Source: Mycobacterium tuberculosis H37Rv (lineage in GTDB: Bacteria > Actinomycetota > Actinomycetes > Mycobacteriales > Mycobacteriaceae). Taken from it: 32,000 nt of DNA. The stretch lies in NCBI RefSeq assembly GCF_000195955.2, contig NC_000962.3, forward strand, positions 1,230,001 through 1,262,000. The letters are read 5' to 3'. The notes beneath the pieces were generated by a model. The model did no database searches. It was given only the letters and a program-made list of their open reading frames with translations, and had not been told where the DNA came from. A program made the position numbers and the translations under genes. Position 1 is the first letter of the stretch, and the number at the start of each line of letters is the position of its first letter. Shown here one piece after another: positions 29,056 through 32,000 of the stretch.

Positions 29056-29074
29056 CTGCTCGTCAGCTAGCCCG
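29048..29074. terminator. Hairpin between convergent Rv1132-like gene and metE
   Basis: Perfect 11-bp stem CGGGCTAGCTG-ctcgt-CAGCTAGCCCG. No U-tract. Confidence 0.55.
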
Positions 29075-31346
29075 CGCGCACCTCCCGGGCGGCGGCGACC
29101 ATGTTGTGCAGCGACGCGGTCACCTCGTCGACATTGCGGGTCTTCAGTCCGCAGTCGGGGTTGACCCACAGCCGCTCGGCCGGCACCGCGCGCAACGCGG
29201 CCCGCAACGAGTCGGCCATCTCCTCAGCGGAGGGCACCCGTGGCGAGTGAATGTCATAGACGCCCGGGCCCACACCGTTGGCGAAGCCGATCGCGTTCAG
29301 GTCGTCGAGCACCTCCATGTGTGACCGGGCCGCCTCGATGGACGTGACGTCCGCGTCCAGATCGGCGATCGCGCCGATCACCTCGCCGAACTCCGAGTAG
29401 CACAGATGCGTGTGGATCTGGGTGGCGTCCGAGACGCCGGAGGTGGCCAACCGGAAAGCCCCTACCGCCCAACGCAAGTACTCGGCCTGGTCGGCGCGAC
29501 GCAGCGGCAGCAGTTCACGCAGCGCAGGCTCGTCGACCTGGATGACCGCGATGCCGGCGGACTGCAAATCCACGGTCTCGTCGCGAATCGCCAGCGCCAC
29601 CTGGTTGGCGGTATCGGCCAACGGCTGGTCGTCACGCACGAACGACCACGCCAGAATCGTCACCGGCCCGGTCAACATGCCCTTCACCGGTTTGTCGGTC
29701 AGCGACTGCGCGTAGGTGATCCACTCGACCGTCATCGCCCGCGGCCGGGACACGTCGCCGTACAGGATCGGCGGACGCACACAGCGGCTGCCGTAGGACT
29801 GCACCCAGCCGTTCTGGGTAGCGAAGAAACCCGCCAATTGCTCGGCGAAGTACTGCACCATGTCGTTGCGCTCCGGTTCGCCGTGCACCAGCACGTCGAG
29901 CCCGAGCCGCTCCTGTAGCGCGATCACCTCGGTGATCTCTTGCCGCATCCGGCGCACGTACTCGGCCTCGTCGATCTCACCGGCCCGCAGCGCCGCACGC
30001 GCAACGCGGATCGCCGAGGTCTGCGGGTAGGAGCCGATCGTCGTGGTCGGCAGCGGCGGCAGGTGCAGTCGCGCGTCTTGGCTGGCGCGGCGCTGGGCGG
30101 CATTGCCGCGGTGGGCTCCGGACGCGACGATCGCCTCGATGCGCGCCCGGATTTGCCCATTGTGTAACCGCGGGTCGCGCTTGCGGGACGCGATGGCGGC
30201 GCGGGACGACGCGATCTCGTCGGCGACCGCGTCGTGTCCGTCGCGCAGGGCACGCGCGAGAACGACGACTTCGCGCACCTTTTCGGCACCGAACGCCAGC
30301 CAGCTCCGCAACGCGTCATCCAGGTCGGTTTCCGGTTCCAGCGAGTACGGCACGTGCAGTGTCGAGCACGACGTCGAGACGGCCACGGTAGCCGCCGAAC
30401 CCAGCAGGGTCGCCAACGTGCCCAACGCCGCCTCCAGGTCGGTGCGCCAGACGTTGCGCCCGTCGACGACCCCGGCCACCAGCGTCTTGCCGGCCAGCTC
30501 GGGTACCCCGGCCACCGAGGTGTCGGCACCGGCCACCAGGTCGACGCCGATGGCTTCGACCGGGGTGCGAGCCAGCGCCGGTAGGGCCGCGCCCGGGTCC
30601 CCGAAGTAGGTGGCGACATAGATCGCAGGCCGGTTGCTCACCGAGCACAGCGCGGTGTACACCGCTTCAGCCAGGGCGGGCGCGTCGGGGGAGAGGTCGG
30701 TCACCAGCGCCGGCTCGTCGAACTGCACCCACTGGGCGCCGCCGTCGGCAAGCAGCGACAGCAGCTCCGAATAGACCGGAACCAACTCTTCGAGGCGTTC
30801 GATCGGCGCCCCCGCGCCGTCGACGGCCTTGCTCAGCAGCAGGAAGGTGATCGGCCCGATGATCACCGGACGTGCGGGAATGCCTTGCCCTAACGCCTCT
30901 TTGAGTTCGGCGAGCACCTTGCCGGGGTGCAGCGTGAACGTGGTCGACGGCCCGATCTCGGGTACCAGGTAGTGGTAGTTGGTGTCGAACCACTTCGTCA
31001 TCTCCAGCGGCGCGATCTGGTCGGTGCCCCGCGCCGCGGCGAAATAGCGGTCCAGCCCGTCGGAAACCGGGCTCACTCGGGGCGGCAGCGCGCCGAGCAG
31101 CACCGCGGTATCGAGCATTTGGTCGTAGTAGGAGAAGGTGTTCACCGGCACCGAGTCCAGACCGGCCGCGGCCAGGGCCGACCAGGTGTCGCGGCGTAAC
31201 GTGGCGGCGACGGCCTCCAGCTCGGATCGGCTGGTACGTCCGGCCCAGTAGCCTTCGGTGGCGCGCTTGAGTTCGCGGCGCGGGCCGATGCGCGGGGAGC
31301 CGGTGATGGTTGCGGTAAAGGGTTGACGACGTACAGGCTGGGTCAC
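29067..31346 (-). CDS. metE: Cobalamin-independent methionine synthase
   Basis: 759 aa from the GTG at 31346 ([37 protein letters not shown]...). Contains [72 protein letters not shown]. Confidence 0.97.
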   Translation of the reverse strand: MTQPVRRQPFTATITGSPRIGPRRELKRATEGYWAGRTSRSELEAVAATLRRDTWSALAAAGLDSVPVNTFSYYDQMLDTAVLLGALPPRVSPVSDGLDRYFAAARGTDQIAPLEMTKWFDTNYHYLVPEIGPSTTFTLHPGKVLAELKEALGQGIPARPVIIGPITFLLLSKAVDGAGAPIERLEELVPVYSELLSLLADGGAQWVQFDEPALVTDLSPDAPALAEAVYTALCSVSNRPAIYVATYFGDPGAALPALARTPVEAIGVDLVAGADTSVAGVPELAGKTLVAGVVDGRNVWRTDLEAALGTLATLLGSAATVAVSTSCSTLHVPYSLEPETDLDDALRSWLAFGAEKVREVVVLARALRDGHDAVADEIASSRAAIASRKRDPRLHNGQIRARIEAIVASGAHRGNAAQRRASQDARLHLPPLPTTTIGSYPQTSAIRVARAALRAGEIDEAEYVRRMRQEITEVIALQERLGLDVLVHGEPERNDMVQYFAEQLAGFFATQNGWVQSYGSRCVRPPILYGDVSRPRAMTVEWITYAQSLTDKPVKGMLTGPVTILAWSFVRDDQPLADTANQVALAIRDETVDLQSAGIAVIQVDEPALRELLPLRRADQAEYLRWAVGAFRLATSGVSDATQIHTHLCYSEFGEVIGAIADLDADVTSIEAARSHMEVLDDLNAIGFANGVGPGVYDIHSPRVPSAEEMADSLRAALRAVPAERLWVNPDCGLKTRNVDEVTASLHNMVAAAREVRAG

Positions 31347-31495
31347 GTGCTGTCCTTCGATCGACGGGTGGTTCACCGCCCGCGGACGCGCAGCCGATCC
31401 GATTGAGGTGCACACCGATGCACCCGGCAACAGGCACGGCCAAACGCCCATTCCACGAGGCGATGAGCCGCCGGGCGCGGCGCGTCCGGCACGGC

Positions 31496-31705
31496 TGGCA
31501 GGTCTTCGGACTCGCAGGCTCGCACCCGGTGGGTGCTCCTACTGGCCGTCGCTTCCCAGTCGTTGAGACCAGTGCTTGTCTACTTCCAAGACGGCGGTCG
31601 TTCCTGCATACCGCTGCGGGACAGTCCCGGATTCTCACCAGGTTCCCTCTCGCGAAGCATCGTTGCCCCGCTCGATGCCGACGCCCTTTCGGACGCCAGC
31701 AGACC
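31496..31705 (-). promoter_or_regulatory. Cobalamin (B12) riboswitch upstream of metE
   Basis: The minus strand contains GAGAGGGAACCTGGTGAGAATCCGGGACTGTCCCGCAGCGGTATG and ends ...CGAGTCCGAAGACCTGCCAGCC, both hallmarks of the cobalamin riboswitch. Boundaries approximate. Confidence 0.95.
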
Positions 31706-31861
31706 AGCTGCGTGGTCAAGGCTACTCCGGTGACATCGGCCGGCATGGCCCGGCCGGCGGCAAAATCGCTCGGCGCCGGATGTCCTCATCGGGCCCGCCG
31801 CGATCGTCATGTGGGTGAGATTCGGGATAGGCCCGGACCATGATGGGTCAACAGGCCGCAA

Positions 31862-32000
31862 TACGCCGCACTCACCTGCACCAGAGACGTCGACTGGTCG
31901 GCCCCCGAGCAGGCCGCTGACATGGCCGCCTACCAGAAGTTCGGGCAGGAGCACGCCGCCGCGATCCGTGGCGGCGCCGTGCTGCACCCGACGGCCACCG
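31862..32000 (+). pseudogene. YCII-related / DGPF-like domain fragment, no in-frame start, truncated by the window edge
   Basis: Frame 2 reads YAALTCTRDVDWSAPEQAADMAAYQKFGQEHAAAIRGGAVLHPTAT..., matching the shape of DGPF/YCII proteins (YxxLIY...W...MAxYxxFxxxH...GGxxLxPTAT). Confidence 0.5.

Noticed and set aside
30667-31746. 359-aa minus ORF spanning the riboswitch and metE 5' region
   Set aside because: Out of frame with metE and overlaps a structured RNA leader; chance ORF.
31576-31818. 80-aa plus ORF (Rv1134-like) as a real gene
   Set aside because: Lies antisense to the conserved cobalamin riboswitch. Low-information Ser/Arg/Pro composition and no recognisable domain.
1-32000. CRISPR array, tRNA/rRNA genes, IS transposase or prophage modules
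   Set aside because: No regularly spaced repeats, tRNA-like cloverleaf, rRNA motif, transposase (DDE/serine/tyrosine recombinase) or phage structural genes were seen; the only mobile-type element is the REP13E12 copy.

Overview
This window is high-GC actinobacterial chromosome. From remembered gene order and protein sequence it matches the Mycobacterium tuberculosis complex, roughly H37Rv Rv1101c to Rv1134. No database search was run. From left to right it holds: a partial AI-2E-type permease; mazEF3; a frameshifted type-B carboxylesterase; a 3-beta-HSD-like reductase; xseB/xseA; a lipid-droplet-associated-like protein; ispH (lytB2); a basic-tailed membrane protein; ychF; vapBC32; an AT-rich patch with an NlpC/P60-like exported protein and a decayed PE-like fragment; an ABM monooxygenase; a permuted papain-like (YiiX-type) hydrolase; a decayed class III adenylate cyclase; zwf1-gnd2; a hydrolase; ephC; an acyltransferase-like protein; a short PPDK-like gene coupled to a helical protein; a REP13E12/DUF222-HNH element; prpR-prpD-prpC-DUF3556; metE; and a cobalamin riboswitch upstream of metE. 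Most of this is known biology. The observations most worth a second look are: (1) the multi-frame esterase and cyclase pseudogenes; (2) a probable small membrane-protein ORF opposite the cyclase remnant; (3) two distinct papain/NlpC-like proteins close together; (4) a PPDK lacking its PEP-binding domain, coupled to an uncharacterised partner; (5) a perfect hairpin containing both stop codons of Rv1132 and metE; (6) TTTGCAAA-type operators at the prpR/prpD start that question the annotated prpD start; (7) a YCII/DGPF-like coding remnant at the right edge. I found no convincing new defence or mobile system.
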